A stretch of DNA of 64,000 bases from Neoechinorhynchus agilis (lineage: Eukaryota; Animalia; Acanthocephala): positions 1,274,797 to 1,338,796 of the forward strand of contig CM121342.1 in NCBI GenBank assembly GCA_051530055.1. The letters are read 5' to 3'. Positions 13,701 to 27,131 of the stretch are shown here, one piece after another. Position 1 is the stretch's first letter. Each line of letters begins with the position of its first letter. A program made the translations under genes and the position numbers. The notes under the pieces are model-generated. The model was not told the DNA's origin and made no database searches. It saw only the letters and a list, made by a program, of their open reading frames with translations.

Positions 13701-16700
13701 CATCTAAATACCTCCTAAAATCCGCTCGTTTGCTGTCTAAATAAATTATATCGCTGGATCGTGTCCGCGAATTCATCAAAATTGCTTGTAACGTCAGTTG
13801 TAACTCTTCCAAGGTAAAACAATCAAAAGCAATGAACGACGTATTAGAAAGTACAAGAAGTCGCATTAGTTCAAGAGCATTTGCTGCTCGTCCACCATTA
13901 AATATTCTCGTTTCAATGACAGATACCGATGGGTCACTGAAATAGTCTCCTAGATTAACCGGCCACTTTGACCATAATTCTAAATCACTGCCATCTGCAC
14001 CTGCGCCTTGTTGGCCAAGAAATATACCATGAACTGTTTCTTGAGGAGGAAAATTGGAGAATTTCTTGAACACTTCATTGAACTCATGGGACTCGTCACC
14101 CACTTTAGCAATCAAATTACGAATAAAAACGTCGAAAGAGTTCGTATCCGAAGTGGAGTAACCGAAGGACCAAAATAAAGAGAAATAGAACCATCCAAAT
14201 ACTAAATGAGATTGAATTGATGATGACTGGCTGTTTGATGATCTCTTCATTTGTTCAAAATCCGTAACGAATCCTTCGAAGATCTTGGAAAATGTACGAA
14301 ATTTGCATACCGAAGGCAGACCATCAGATCGATGTTCCATAAATTCATTGCAAGGAAGCATGATCCTATTGCAAAGAAATTCAAGAATATCAGCAGAACC
14401 GAGAGGAAGTCGTTGAGAAATAGAGGCAATCCAATTCTTGTATTTTACGTCGATACGAAGTGCTGATTGATCGAATTGTATTAGAACGCATCTGGTAGCC
14501 TAAATGGGCAGATTGAATAGGGGCTTTTAAAAACTTGAATCATGCTTAGCAATCTTTCGGTAAAAATTCAAATTCTTATTAGCCTACAATTAATAATTAA
14601 TACTTGAAATAGTTCGTAAAGACGGAAATTTTCGACAAGTTTTAAATTGAATTTCTACAAAAATAAAATCCGTTCAAACTACGCTAAACGTCCAAATTAA
14701 ATAAAAGGTGAATAAAACATAAAAACTTAAGAGAGCGTTTCTAAACGAATTTCGTCCTCAACGACTACATAGAAAATTACAAATATTTCTTTAATGCGAC
14801 ATAAATCGTTTTTATTTCAATAGATGGTCGCTTCGCATAATTGTTCCATCGCGAATAAAAATTAAAGTCAACGATGAAGATCGAACGCTTTTTAGCTGAA
14901 TTTACCTGCTGAGGAGTTAAAAATCGTAAGGAATCTACTTCAAAAATAAAATTTAATTTCTGCCTCATTCCAATGTCGTTTCCTTCATGATCCATGAATC
15001 TTCGCATAAGTAAAAGTTCAAACAGTTTTTCAGAATTCTGAGCGTTATGTAAGTCGCAATCAATTACAGGAACAACAATGTCTTCTAAACGCTTTTCGTT
15101 GACCAGTTTAATAAATTTAAATAGTTTGCTATTTGAGCTTTCCAAAAGGTTATCAAGTTCAGTCGATCCAACAAGATCTTCATAGTCGAATTGTTCAGCG
15201 TAAATTTTGAAAAATCTTATAAGTCGCTTATCGATGTTCTATTTTATTATACTATTGAAAAAAGCAGAAAGTTAAACATTCACGGTACCTTATCGACAAT
15301 TCTGCTAATACAAGTCGATAATAAATTGAGGCAAGTTGTTTTCCCAGTACCGGCTTCGCCAACTAAAATCACATTGTCGCCGGAAAGGAGAGCGTTGTAG
15401 ACATTCACGCAGGCTTTCACAAGAGATTCGTATTCACGATAATGCCGCTGTTCGCACTCGTTGTTCAAAATATTATTTAAAACGATGCTGGGTCCAAGTT
15501 CGTGTTGGTCATCATTAATAGTTAAGTCCGGACGAAGGTCAATTGTATTTTGCTCGACATCAAAATTGTTAGACGACCTGCAATCTGATTTACTTTCCGT
15601 TTTCGATAAATGTATCTCAGGTAAAATCGCCTAACGTATAAAATCAAAGTTTCGAAAAAAATGATCTAAGCAAACCCCGATTTTACTTCGATTAATGATT
15701 CCATTCATCTCCGTATTACAAGTGACGAAAACCTTCGACCGAGAATTATGTCTTAACAATAATATAAGTTGGCAAATGCGGTGCACAATAGCCTCCGGAG
15801 CTTGTTCTATATTTCTTATTACAATCCACATATCTATTCTAAATACGTTCTAAGAAACGGGATTTTATACCTAAAGTTTTGAAGTGAATACAAACCTCCA
15901 GCATTTTAGCGAGCGGGAACATTTTTATATAATTGATACAGTCATATTCAAGAAGTGTGTAACCCAGCAAAGATGCAATGTATTTTAGTAGTCTTGTCTT
16001 TCCTACGAAAAATTCGAAAAGTTTAAATCTGTTTAAAACTTGCTTATATTTTATTTGTCATTTTCGAACTTTCGCAAAGAGGTTTCAGTTCTTAAAATCG
16101 TGATTGTAAATAAAGACCGATTTAACCTTAATTCGTAGTATGAAACTCGTTTTCTAGAAATGATTCGATATGTTATTTAAATAGTCTTCAGAAATTTCAA
16201 AGCAATAAAAATTGTTAAATTGGGACTGCTTAAAATACGTATGGTTTTAGTATCAAGCTAATTTATTTGCAGTGTTAAAGGTATATTGTTTTATAAGATT
16301 TTTTGGCCCAGTAAATTCTCACCTGTTCCGACCTTGCCGTATAGAGCACACCCTTCGCGCTGCTTCAATGTCTTCATTATTGCACTAAATAATTAAGAAG
16401 TTTCAGGAAATTCAAATTTTGCATTTAAAAAGGAATTTGTCTTGTGTTGCTTTTCGACGATACGAAAAGTAAGACTAATTCGCGAATATAAATTAAGTAT
16501 TTAATTTTCAGATGGTCACTTAGAAAGTTGAATATCCATGGGAAAGACATTATGAATGTTAAAACCTAAACAATGTATACTTGCTGCGGGGAAATATATG
16601 GAATTACTTAGACCTCAAATTTTTTATCTTTCTAGCTTTGAAATTCAATGCAGCTTCTCTAAATTAATTGTTACTTAGGTCGCTTGTTTACACCCGAAAG

Positions 16701-19700
16701 GGATTATTAAAGTCAAATGTAGTTATTTCGACTTCAAGTGCGGATTAAACACTTTAACAATTGGATTGATAATGACTGATTCAATCAGTCGAAATATATT
16801 CGCCTTTAATGATCATTCTCCTCGGTTGTTGACAAGGGACCTAAACAATAATATATATCTAACCAACAAGAATGCGATCCTCAATATGTCTAAATTAAAT
16901 AACAATATATTTTTAAGGGTTTTTGTTAAATTCTCAACACTAATTTTAAGCTTACCGCATTTTATGCTGAAAATCTTCAATGTCCAAAACGCAAACTGGT
17001 GGAACATTGACATCTCCGTTGAACTCGAATTTCACGTGATTTAACGAGATATAAATTTCATGGTGCTAATCATATAAGTATAATCAAAATAAATCACAAA
17101 AATCTTACATCAAAATGCACACGAACGATTGATTCAATAACAACATCGAAGCTAGTTTCACCAGTTACGAATTGGTTTAAAATTTGTTTCCACATTAAGA
17201 TTTCATTTTTCACGAAACTTGCAAAATGCTCGTTGTAGTATGATTCACTTTGGTCGCAAAGAACTCTTTGAATAATGTTTAGTTCACTCATTATTTGTGG
17301 AACCTTTAACACAAGCTAATACAATTTAGGGATTTTAAAAATGCTTACTTTATCAAAAATTTCGTTAGTTTTTTGAAGCTTTGAAGTCACAAATGCGGCT
17401 AAAGATATTTGAGCAATCTGCGACGTGCACCATTGCCAATCCTCCAATAGATTTTCACTTTTGCTCATTTTCGTTATCAGTAAAAACATCGATCGGATAT
17501 ACTAATTTGCCCTGGAGAGAAAAACTCCGAACATTACCGACTTACAGATTTTAGACTTGATCTGATACTCGATCCAATGCTATTAAAAGCTCTAGCCAAC
17601 GCCCTGGTCGACTGATATTCCACACGAATTTCGAGTTTATTACAAAAGAGTTGTATCTTTTGATGCTCCGTGTTTTCAAATGACGCTATATGTTCATTAG
17701 ACAAAAGGGTTAAGTCGGCAATATCGGGATATGAGTATAACATGATTGTCTTGAGTCTGTATAGAGAAAATAAAATTCACTTTTTTAAGATAATTAGTCT
17801 TACGAATGTACATTTAGACCATAGGAAGTAACTAGGTGACGTATATCCTTCAAAGGTGCTAAGAACAATCTTTTACTTTCATTGGCAGCTCGCAATATCC
17901 AATTATCTATTTTCTATAACAAAATCGATGTTAGAAATATTTTTACAGGTAGATCTTCATGCCAGCAAATAACATCTCAATATTGCGAAAATCAAATGCT
18001 TGGAAAACTAGTCCTGATTTGCTCGGAATTTAAGCGCATCTCGGGGAATGGTTCGGAGATACGGTATCTATCGAAAAAAATTTAAATTACGTTTATAATT
18101 ACTAATTCATTTCACAATATGTTCAGGGTAAAAGAGCAATTGATATAATAAAGTAAATATTAATGAAATCTTTAAATTATGAGATCTCATGAATTCCCGC
18201 AATATGTCACGTGAGATGAATTTGAAAAATTACATACGAACACTCGAGGAAACATATAGAATTCAAGAGAATTTACCTTCTTCGCTACTGATGTTGGTTC
18301 ATAAGCAGTATCCAACTTTTCAGAGTATTTCTGAACTGAAAAGTCATTATCAAAAGGATTTGCCAATTGTATAATTTCACTAATTTTCGCAGCTGAAATC
18401 TCGTTCGGATAAGATCGATGCATGACAGTTAAATCCTGTGGGAACATTTCATCTGTCAATCTTCCAAGATTACTGTATTCTTTAGCATATCTCGCAAATT
18501 TTGGCACGATCACCTTAAAACCTTTTAATCGTTCATATAATTCCTTCGTTCTCTCCTGTTGAAAGTGACCTCCACTGAGAGTTTTTATATCAATGAGTTT
18601 CTGTGAAGCGTAAATCCTGCCAATAATTTGAGCTAATTTACACCGATCATCTAATTGCTGAAACTCTCCATTCGAATTCCAATACTGTTGAAGAGTCCTA
18701 CGAAGGGCCTCGTCGTTCAAACGAGATAAATCCTTGCCAAGCATTCGTGTTATATCAGAGAGTTTTGAGCGAATACTGTAAGACAACATCCTTCGAAATT
18801 CAAAATTCATTAATGTTTGCACATCAACTTTGATGAGCGTCATAAGTATTGCATCGTTGTCTCGAGTTTTATCTTTAAAAACTCGGGCGATAAATTTTAT
18901 TATTATTAAACTTACCTTCATTGCTGAGCACTGCAATCACTTGCAACCCTTTTGATATAACCAATAGCCGTTCTTTATTGAAATCTATTAAGTAATGGGC
19001 TCCCGAAATATTTTTAAGAAAGCGAAACAGTTGATCGAGTTTTAATATAATTTTATCGATTTTTGAAATTAACGACCATACATCAAGGGATTGACAGCGA
19101 ACTTGAAGGATTGGAGCAATAAACGAATTGATTTGTTGGCAAAGATAAAATAGTTGAAACTGTTTCGTAACAAGACGAATCAGTAAATCCGTCTGAGTAT
19201 CGATCTCACACTTTTGTCCAATGTAAGCGATCTCAGTGCAGTGCAATGCGACCTGAATTACTAGCGAGAAAACTAAGGTTAATATTAATTCTTACATTAG
19301 TCCTGAATTCGATTAGTTCCCCATATAATAAATAAGCATTTTCGAGATAAACATCGATAGTTGAGACGTCACCATGTCCGCTTAATTCAAATACCCGTTT
19401 TGAAAAATCGTTAAAAGCCAGATTCATCTGATCGAGAGATTTCTAAAACACACACATAAGAGCCACGATTACACATGAGCGAATTTACCTTATAATTTGC
19501 GATAATTTCCAATCTCTTAAGTTCTACTGACACGTTTCCAGCAACTAAAAGACTTGCGAAATTAAATGTAAGCACCAGCGAATCAGGTTTTAGGAACGTT
19601 TCCAACTCTTCGGTTTCGTCGTATTTCATAATAAAGTCTTGAAGAACAACGAGCTGCATCATTTTTCGTTTCAGTGAACTAAAGTGTGCCTTGTACAGAC

Positions 19701-22004
19701 GTTCAAGAAATTTCCATTGATGAACTAGAGAAGATGTACTCATGTCGTGCCTTACAATGACTTCGGAAAACTTCTCGAGCATCAGTGTGAATCTGTGAAA
19801 TTGGAGAAATGGATTTTTGAAATAATAATAATTGATAATCGTTTCAAAAATGAAAATTTTTCAAACCATCTAATTGTTTAGGCATTGCGACAATTATGAA
19901 TAATCAAAAATTATTAAATTTTGTGGTTATTTGCGATTCATGATTCATATTTGTTCGTAGACCACGAACAATTTTCCTACTGTTGTTTGCAATTAAATTC
20001 GTAGCAAAATGCATCATTAGCAGTTCGGAAATTTTATAAACATACACGTGAATAATATACTTCAATATTGTCCAATTTACCTCCAATATAAGAAAATGAA
20101 TATAACTTCAAATGAGGCTTTGGCGGTCCCTTTGGTGAATATAAAATGTAAAATAATTTTTACCCATAAAAATAAATTTGAAAACTCATGAAAACACTCG
20201 CCTGTCATGGAGAGATCGGTATTTTTCCAGAATCGTAGAAACAATATTCGCTTTAATTTGCATGATTTGATCTTTTATAGACAAAAGGGCATCCGTGCAA
20301 TCGACTCGTGTTGCAGGTCCGTTAATTTCTTGTATCCTCGTTCCTAGCTCTTTTTCAATTACCAATAGCTTATAATATAAATTCATTACAGTAAACGTAT
20401 CGTGATTTGACGCGAGCAATGCATTCGAATGCTCCATCATCTATATTGGTGGTTTCTTAAACTCAACAATTATATAATCTAACCTCGTTGCAATGAATAT
20501 TCTCAAACGGCTTGAGACTTTCAGTAATACTATTCGCTGCAAACAAACCTTTCTCAAAATACTCATCAATGAACGATAAGTTAATCTCTTCAACTTTTAC
20601 ATCATCGTCACCATTGCTGACGCTCGTTAGTTTCGAATAAATATTTTTTAAAGATGAAATAAAGCACTTGAAAATGTTTTTGTGGTTACGTTCGCACATT
20701 CGATCTAAATTTACTTCGAACACAAATTCTAAAAAGGATTTCGTGAAGTATTTTATGAGAGTCAAGAAATATGCTTACTTATGCGTGACTTATTGTCGAA
20801 TGTCCCAAGTCCAAGTAATTTCGCTTTGATTTTATCTTCAGTTTCAGATATAAACTTAGATAAATCGTATCGAATATAAGAAAGAGCATCTGATTTTATT
20901 GCAGTAAGATTTGCATGTTTAAACTTTTTATTATAGATCAATTCAAAATTGATTATTTTCTCTTCGAGTCTAAAAAGCACACTTAATTATTTTTAAAATG
21001 GATAAACCTTTACTTATGTTTGAATCCAGAAATCATTGATAGCGCCGAAAATTGTCCCTTTGTACAAAATTCATCGATGTCGATTTCCAAAGATGTCCAT
21101 AGGGAATCAAGGAAATGAGTAAAAAAGCTAAATATCGAATAATAGAATTCGTATAATTGTACGGCATTTAAAAAAGCGTTCTAAGCACAAGTTACGGATT
21201 AACGATGCCATAACTCCGTTAAGAACGGAATTCAACAAAATTTTAATTAAATTCGTATAATCCACACACTCATCTTACCTTTCAGTTAAGAGCTTAATTT
21301 CCGAACTGAGGGTTTGCATTTGTTCTGAGTGCTTAATCGCCAAAATCCGCTCGATTTCTGCTAACACTACCGCATTTAGATGCCGTGGAAAACCTCGTTG
21401 AATGCTCCGGTTTAAGCTTGAACAAATATGTCTTTCTACAACATTTTTCATGCATTTGCTGCCTTAGTTGTGACAATTAGATGATATGGTCAATAAAAGA
21501 TAAGAAACTAACTTATCATTCGAACAGCTAAGCGCTTATATATTTCCATTAAGTGGTCGAAAAACTTCCCTCGTTGTGGAGTTGATGGTTTTATTCGAAG
21601 CGCATGAAGTACAAGCTCTCGCCAAAAATTTAAGCCTTTTAGATATTTTTCTGATGTTAAAAAATCATCGACATCATAATCTAAGATCTACAAACAATTT
21701 AGAGCGAATTAATAGTTATTGGGCTGAAACAAACATGCTTTTGGTTTTCTCGAATTTGAATCTCCTCTATTGTTAAAGCTTCGTTTCCCATCAATTTTTT
21801 TCTGCAATGTAGATTAAATAAAATGTTTCAATTTCGAAACTAACAATCTTAAAGCATTTTCGCAATCAAACTTCACCAATCTCAGATCGCTTTTTTCATT
21901 TAGAATATCTAAAATCAGAAAACGTTTTAGACATGATTAAACTAAAGAATTTAAAGCGTACACAGCACTGGTTTCAACTTATCAATTTCCCTTTGTTTGT
22001 CCAT
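4735..22004 (-). CDS. Highly divergent multi-exon dynein heavy chain (possibly DNHD1-like); exon boundaries and start codon approximate
   Basis: Minus-strand exons give the dynein motif order: linker (SESYYNEHF..EILMWKQIL, ~17.2 kb), AAA1 GKVGT/GKTRLLKYIASLLGY (spliced, ~16.3-15.95 kb), SKVFVTCN, AAA2 NVILVGEAGTGKTT (~15.35 kb), IFEVDSLRFLTP, WSFGY, LRAIQPD, AAA6-like region (~6.6-7.2 kb), and C-terminal RPQLFLSQLK and LPLY. Confidence 0.75.
10243..10445 (+). repeat. Dispersed unknown repeat, copy 1 (YLRIR..YKLITV family), inside a dynein intron
   Basis: Nucleotide and peptide similarity to 22976-23085 (-), 26187-26445 (+) and 62858-62950 (+). Confidence 0.7.
10481..10864 (+). mobile_element. 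CRE-clade non-LTR retrotransposon 3' fragment (restriction-like endonuclease C-terminus)
   Basis: WDARFVDTIAAS..AGAATAAAKLKKIKY..FAPFGVETLGSFG..TGDQRVGAFLLQNISLAVQRGNAASV. Near-identical to 56065-56440. Confidence 0.85.
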
Positions 22005-22544
22005 GTTTGCAATAATTTGGGAGTAAATTAAATGCGATGTTTATTTTGGTGGAACAACGTCGCCATGCCAATTAAAGTTTCTATTTTATTAAACAACGCG
22101 TGACAAAAGTTTTCATGACAACAATCTTTCCTTTACCAAATTTGTGCTATTCTCTAGAGCCTAAAACGAATATCAAAATCAAAAATGTAAAAATCCAGAA
22201 ATTGATTTGCGTATTGAATATATTTACTTTGTTATAAATTTTATATGAAATAACATATCTCAAACAAGCCCAATAAAATGCTATACACCATACGCAGACG
22301 GTATGAAGTTTTCATCTATTCGTTTAAGTGAATTGTCATCTTCAATTCAAACATCGTTTTCAAATCAGTTTTTATTTTGATTTTACTGACAAGTTGTATT
22401 TCAACTGCATACTTCACCATAAAGATGTTGATAGATGAAAATTTTCAATATTTTGGGTTTAAATGAAGAAGGATAACTCATAGACAATGAGTCACTAACA
22501 AGTTTGTTAAACAGTTTTACAATTTTACAAACTTTTTTTTAATT

Positions 22545-22975
22545 CCTCGGTGTTGGTCCGAAGGCATCAATCCTCTCAATCGCGACTGGTTGGAAAATGT
22601 AGAATCGACGAATCGAGGCAACTTTATCCGTTCCTGAAACTTCAAGGGACAATTTGCTCTTCGCAATCGTATTCGGGTAGATGAAGTGCAAAGGAGACGA
22701 CTTATTTCCCACGGGACGGTCTTTTTCGCCGTCTCTGGTTAAATCGACCGGCTCGATGAGAGACCATAGTCTTGGCTATCGTTTTGGGACAATCGAACCC
22801 GTTGATTCTTATGCTGTCGGTTTTGGCACAGCACTTGCATGTCGCAGGGCTTAAGCAAGCCACGCCAAGATCTAGCCCAAAAGCGAGACTAAATGAGCAA
22901 TCATCAATTTTATGTTTTTTAGGTGTGCCCTTTTTCACGGCCAATAATTTTTCTTTGGGCACAAAGCCCGCCAAT
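22545..22975 (-). mobile_element. Degenerate CRE-like fragment of a second subfamily
   Basis: FSLAFGLDLG..CKCCAKTDS...GFDC (zinc-knuckle region) and FQPVAIERIDAFGP (resembles FVPFAVETLGPWG). Confidence 0.55.
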
Positions 22976-23085
22976 CTGGTTCAGGGAAGCGGATAAAATC
23001 ACTTAATATCCCGAACCATACGGTTATGAGTTTGTACGAATCCCTCTGGATCCTCAAATACCTCCAAAGGAGGCGACCACAGTAA
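22976..23085 (-). repeat. Dispersed unknown repeat, copy 2
   Basis: The minus strand reads YLRIQRDSYKLITVWFGILSDFIRFPEPD, compared with YLRIRRESYKLITVWFRVLRDFIRFPDPD in copy 1. Confidence 0.75.
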
Positions 23086-23149
23086 TAACAGGGACTTGGC
23101 AAGACTCAGAAAAATAAAAATCATCTATTTTAGTGCCAATGGACGAGAT

Positions 23150-23790
23150 TTTTAAAGCGTTAAGAAAATCACTGGACAATTCGGATGCGGCCAGAACAAA
23201 GGTTTCGGAATTCCTAAAACCAAAATAGCATGACCAACGTTTTTATACCGATGTATCCGTTTGGAGAGCCAGTTCAAGTTCTTTAGTCCAGTTTTCAAGT
23301 CCGATTCGGTACGGGTGCAACACCTAATCTGTAATTCACATATTCGAAGTTTGACAATATAATCAGAGCCTTTGCTCAACAAGGCAACTTCCTCTCCCGT
23401 GAAGATTCGTTTAGACTTTTCAAGAAATATGGTTGTACCTTAGGGATATTTGGTCGCAGTCGATCCAACTTCTTGTTGTCGTTTCTTAATCTCCAGTGTT
23501 CGGGCATTTATTCCCTCATTAACGTATCCATTTAGCCACATAATATCGTCATAGTCAAGAGTGCGTGTAAGATATTCCCATGTGCTCATGGAATCGTTCT
23601 TAATGTGACATATTCGTTTCCTCATCTCTACGATGGCGAAGTTCAATAATTGTCTTTCAAAGGAGCGCTGTACGAATGATCCGTGGAATGCAATTATGCC
23701 TGATTTTAGTCGGACACACATCGGTGTTAAGTTCTCGTTCCTACATGTCTGCATGAATTTAAGATCTTGTTTGCTGCAGGGATCCAAACA
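23150..23790 (-). mobile_element. Penelope-like ORF N-terminal region remnant
   Basis: DLKFMQTCRNENLTPMCVRLK..FERQLL and ALLSKGSDY resemble the PLE N-terminal motifs (FL..C....L.P; LL.KGLNF). Confidence 0.6.
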
Positions 23791-23841
23791 TCCAGTGGTA
23801 AATGACTCAGGAAGAAGAGGGTGCTATCTCCTTTTTGGGTT

Positions 23842-24680
23842 CATTTAATGAAATTTTTCAATTTACGTTCAATCAGGACCGTCATCAATGGTCTATAAAG
23901 GATATGGATAATGCTAAAAAATGGCTATAAAAAATGTAGTTCGATATCTTAAAGGTGCCGACGGAAAGGAATAATTATTGTAAATTTGTTCTTGTCTGAC
24001 TTTTCAATTTGACTTGCACATCTGTTATAAACTTTGACAGTTTGATTGGTTACCGCTTAAAATCATGTATTAAAAAACGACAATTTGAGTAGAAACTTAT
24101 GGTTTTATTTGCGGCTGCGATAGGATCAATGGCTTGAAGTTGAATTCTTCATTTGACAGCCGAGGAAATGATCGTTTGTTTCTTTGATGCTGCAAGGATT
24201 ATATTATAGTGCTGTTGCTGTTTTATGGATAGAATTCAATAAAACATTGGAAGCTAAGGACAAAAGGGCGATAGAGGATCACAAACATCAAATGAAATAG
24301 GTTGAAAAGGGAGAACAATCGATATTTTCATTTAATTAAATTTTTCAATTTACGTTCAATCAGGACCGTCATCAATGGTCTATAAAGGATATGGATAATG
24401 CTAAAAAATGGCTATAAAAAATGTAGTTCGATATCTTAAAGGAGCCGACGGAAAGGAATAATTATTGTAAATTTGTTCTTGTCTGACTTTTCAATTTGAC
24501 TTCTTTTGATTAAACATTATAAATTATGTTAAATCGATTGTCGATAAAGGATGTGGCTCATTCTAAAAAATGGCTATAAAAAGCAGTTCGATAGCCTAAT
24601 TGAGAAGAAGGAAAAGAATAATTATTGTAAATTTGTTCTTGTCTGACTTTTCGGTGCAAATTTGTTATAAACCTTGACAC
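23842..24680 (+). repeat. Local direct repeats: two near-identical ~174-bp copies and a third diverged partial copy
   Basis: 23842-24015 is nearly identical to 24329-24502. A diverged copy lies at ~24546-24680. Confidence 0.85.
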
Positions 24681-25588
24681 GAGAATTTGAATTACATCTC
24701 GTTCCGTGGTCGACCAAAGCATTCGTGTACCAAATGCTCGTTCATTTGCGGAAAAAAGAGCAAAGAAAATGTTACAGATCAAAAGTTCGTGTCCAAGACA
24801 CTGGACATTGAAGTGTATGAAGCAACGAAAGAAAGGTGGCAAAATCTTTCTCGTCATCTCAATGTCGGTGATTTGGTCTTTGAAACGCCATTGCGGGTGA
24901 AAGCTAAGAAATCGGATATTTATGTAATTTTTACTTCGGTAGTATCGTAATGCTTAAAATCTATTGCTCCCAATTAAAAAAATCTGGAAATATTGGTTGG
25001 TCACGAATTTCGGGATTAATGTTTGTTCAACCGGGTTTTTATTATGCGATGTTGTGTTATTTTGTGATTGAAAACGTGGTTTTAGAATTGTATTTTTTAA
25101 CTATTCACTTCTAATTAGATTTTAGCTAATTTTCTTCTCGTTTTATTTATGGTTTTAAATTATCCATTGCATTTTCTTCGCTTTTTCCTTGGATTTTTTA
25201 CTTCAATATTAGTTTTTTAAATCTTACATAAACGTAAATATCTTCTCAATTCTTAATAAAATGGGACTACAAATTTATAGTTGAATAATTTTCTGATCAC
25301 GTTTTTATTTCCTACAAATTATTTTGGGTTATTAATATTTGGTTTCTGTAAATAAAACCATGGAAGCTCAAAAGCATATTCTGAATATTTTTGTTTATGA
25401 ACATTTTCCAAGCGTGTTGAAGGCATATTACGATTTTTTCAACCGTCTGCGACAATTTTCACCTATGTTTTCCATTTGTTTTAGATTATTTTATAAAGAA
25501 GAGTTTGAAACTGGACCAATGAATTCATATTGATTTTTAATTTTTTTTCGTTTTTTGCTCACCGAATTAATCGTATGATTTTAGATAT

Positions 25589-25888
25589 ATGCCTTACGGA
25601 GATCACGGCCGGCGAATGCTATATCCTTATTCTGTGCTATCGAAGCTCAGTCGATTTCCATTTGCTTATTACTACAACAGCTCTTCAACAGTCAAGATTT
25701 TTAGCTATGGGATCCTTACTGCAATTATAGCCGTTGGTATTTTAGAGAATTCGAAATATAGCGATTACGCCTCCTATACACCTTACACGGCTATTCATCA
25801 TAAACTCACAGAGACAATGATTCACCAACGGACTCTTGATAGATATCCGCCTCAGTTGGACACAAAAACGCCTTCAAGTACGAGTTGA
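25589..25888 (+). CDS. Small membrane protein resembling the Drosophila roh/CG30415 family; 3' exon structure uncertain
   Basis: GRRMLYPYSVLSKLSRFPFAYY matches the recalled family motif GRPMxYPY(T/S)xxxK(I/L)xxFPxx(H/Y)Y and is followed by a hydrophobic stretch. The match is from memory and was not searched. Confidence 0.45.
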   Translation: MPYGDHGRRMLYPYSVLSKLSRFPFAYYYNSSSTVKIFSYGILTAIIAVGILENSKYSDYASYTPYTAIHHKLTETMIHQRTLDRYPPQLDTKTPSSTS

Positions 25889-26186
25889 TAGATTTCGAAA
25901 GCAAGTAGAAAAAAATAGCGTTTCGCATTCGAAGATTGAGCTCTAAAGAATATCTTTTTAAACAGTTATTTTTTACAAAAATGGGTGTTAAGTATTTTTC
26001 TAATTAATAATAACACGTTTTTAGCATTTTTATGGGTGGCTTAGCCGGTAGTCTTTTTGATAGATATTTTATTATTCCATACACGATTAAATGGACACAC
26101 AACTTCGCTATTCGTAGTGTGGTGAGGTGGTCAAGTGGACTAATGCTCCAGATTCTAGTTAAGAATCAACGGGTTGGAAACCCTTA

Positions 26187-26445
26187 TTGCCAATGACGCA
26201 TAACAAAAGGGGACGAAACACTGCTGAAGGGGGGAAACTCACTGATGAGTCCCGCCCCTTTAGGTATCTGAGAATCCGGACGGGGATGCACAAACTTATA
26301 ACCGTACGGTCTTGGGGCATTGTGCGGAGAGCAGCGCTTCCCAGACCGAAATCGGTGGACTGTGTGTCCGTTCGGCCGTGTGGGCCAATTTGTCTTTGGG
26401 TCCTCATGAACACCGGAATTTGCAGGAAATTGATTTCGGTACTTC
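26187..26445 (+). repeat. Dispersed unknown repeat, copy 3; its 3' part matches the 302-bp satellite monomer
   Basis: THN..GG..YLRIRTGMHKLITV is shared with copy 1. It contains TTTGGGTCCTCATGAACAC, a 19-nt exact match to the satellite unit. Confidence 0.7.
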
Positions 26446-27131
26446 CTTAAGGTTCGTGCAGAGATTTGAAGAATTTTTGTTCTTAGGTACGTTAGTTGGT
26501 TTTAGTTTATTTTGACTTTGGTTGGTTAATTGGTAGTTATCGTTTTCCGTTCTCTCCTTCGAATCGATTAGTAATTGGGGAAAAAAGAGCGGAGATAGAG
26601 CGCTGTGTGAGGAACTGATGGATTTTGAAAATGTTGAGGCGACTCGAGTATAGAAAGTGTAGGTAAAAAGAGAAATGTATTTTAGAAATTGAGGCGGATC
26701 ACACTACAGCCACAATAACGGATACTCGTCGCGTTTCCTCTTCTGCCCCGTGAGACTTATGCTTAAACATTGATGTGAGCTTGGATACGATTCGAATTTT
26801 CTAAAGTATTCTAAATTGAAACACTTTGCGTTGAGTTGTTTAATCCTCGTTAATCACCCCCCAAAAACCCGACTAATTTCGTGGTCATGAACCATTGCAA
26901 AATCCTGCTTATGATTTGAAAGAGTTGATTTATTAATGCCTGCAATAGGCTTTCAATTCACTTCGCCTTAGTGAGAGCATAAATCAATTCTAAAATAAGC
27001 CTTATAGACCACTAAAATCCTACGGTAAGCTACTTACTCATGAGCGACTGTGTATGATCATGATCGTTTTCTGGCTTCATTAATCGAATGGTCTTTGATT
27101 TTAGCTTCGTTGGTTCAACTATAAAAGCACT

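Noticed and set aside
26207-26252. Type II hammerhead-like arrangement GGGAC-GAAAC ... CTGATGA-GTCCC
   Set aside because: The intervening sequence has no UH cleavage site with a proper stem III, and the homologous copy at ~10320 reads CTGGTGA and lacks the GGAC-GAAA half.
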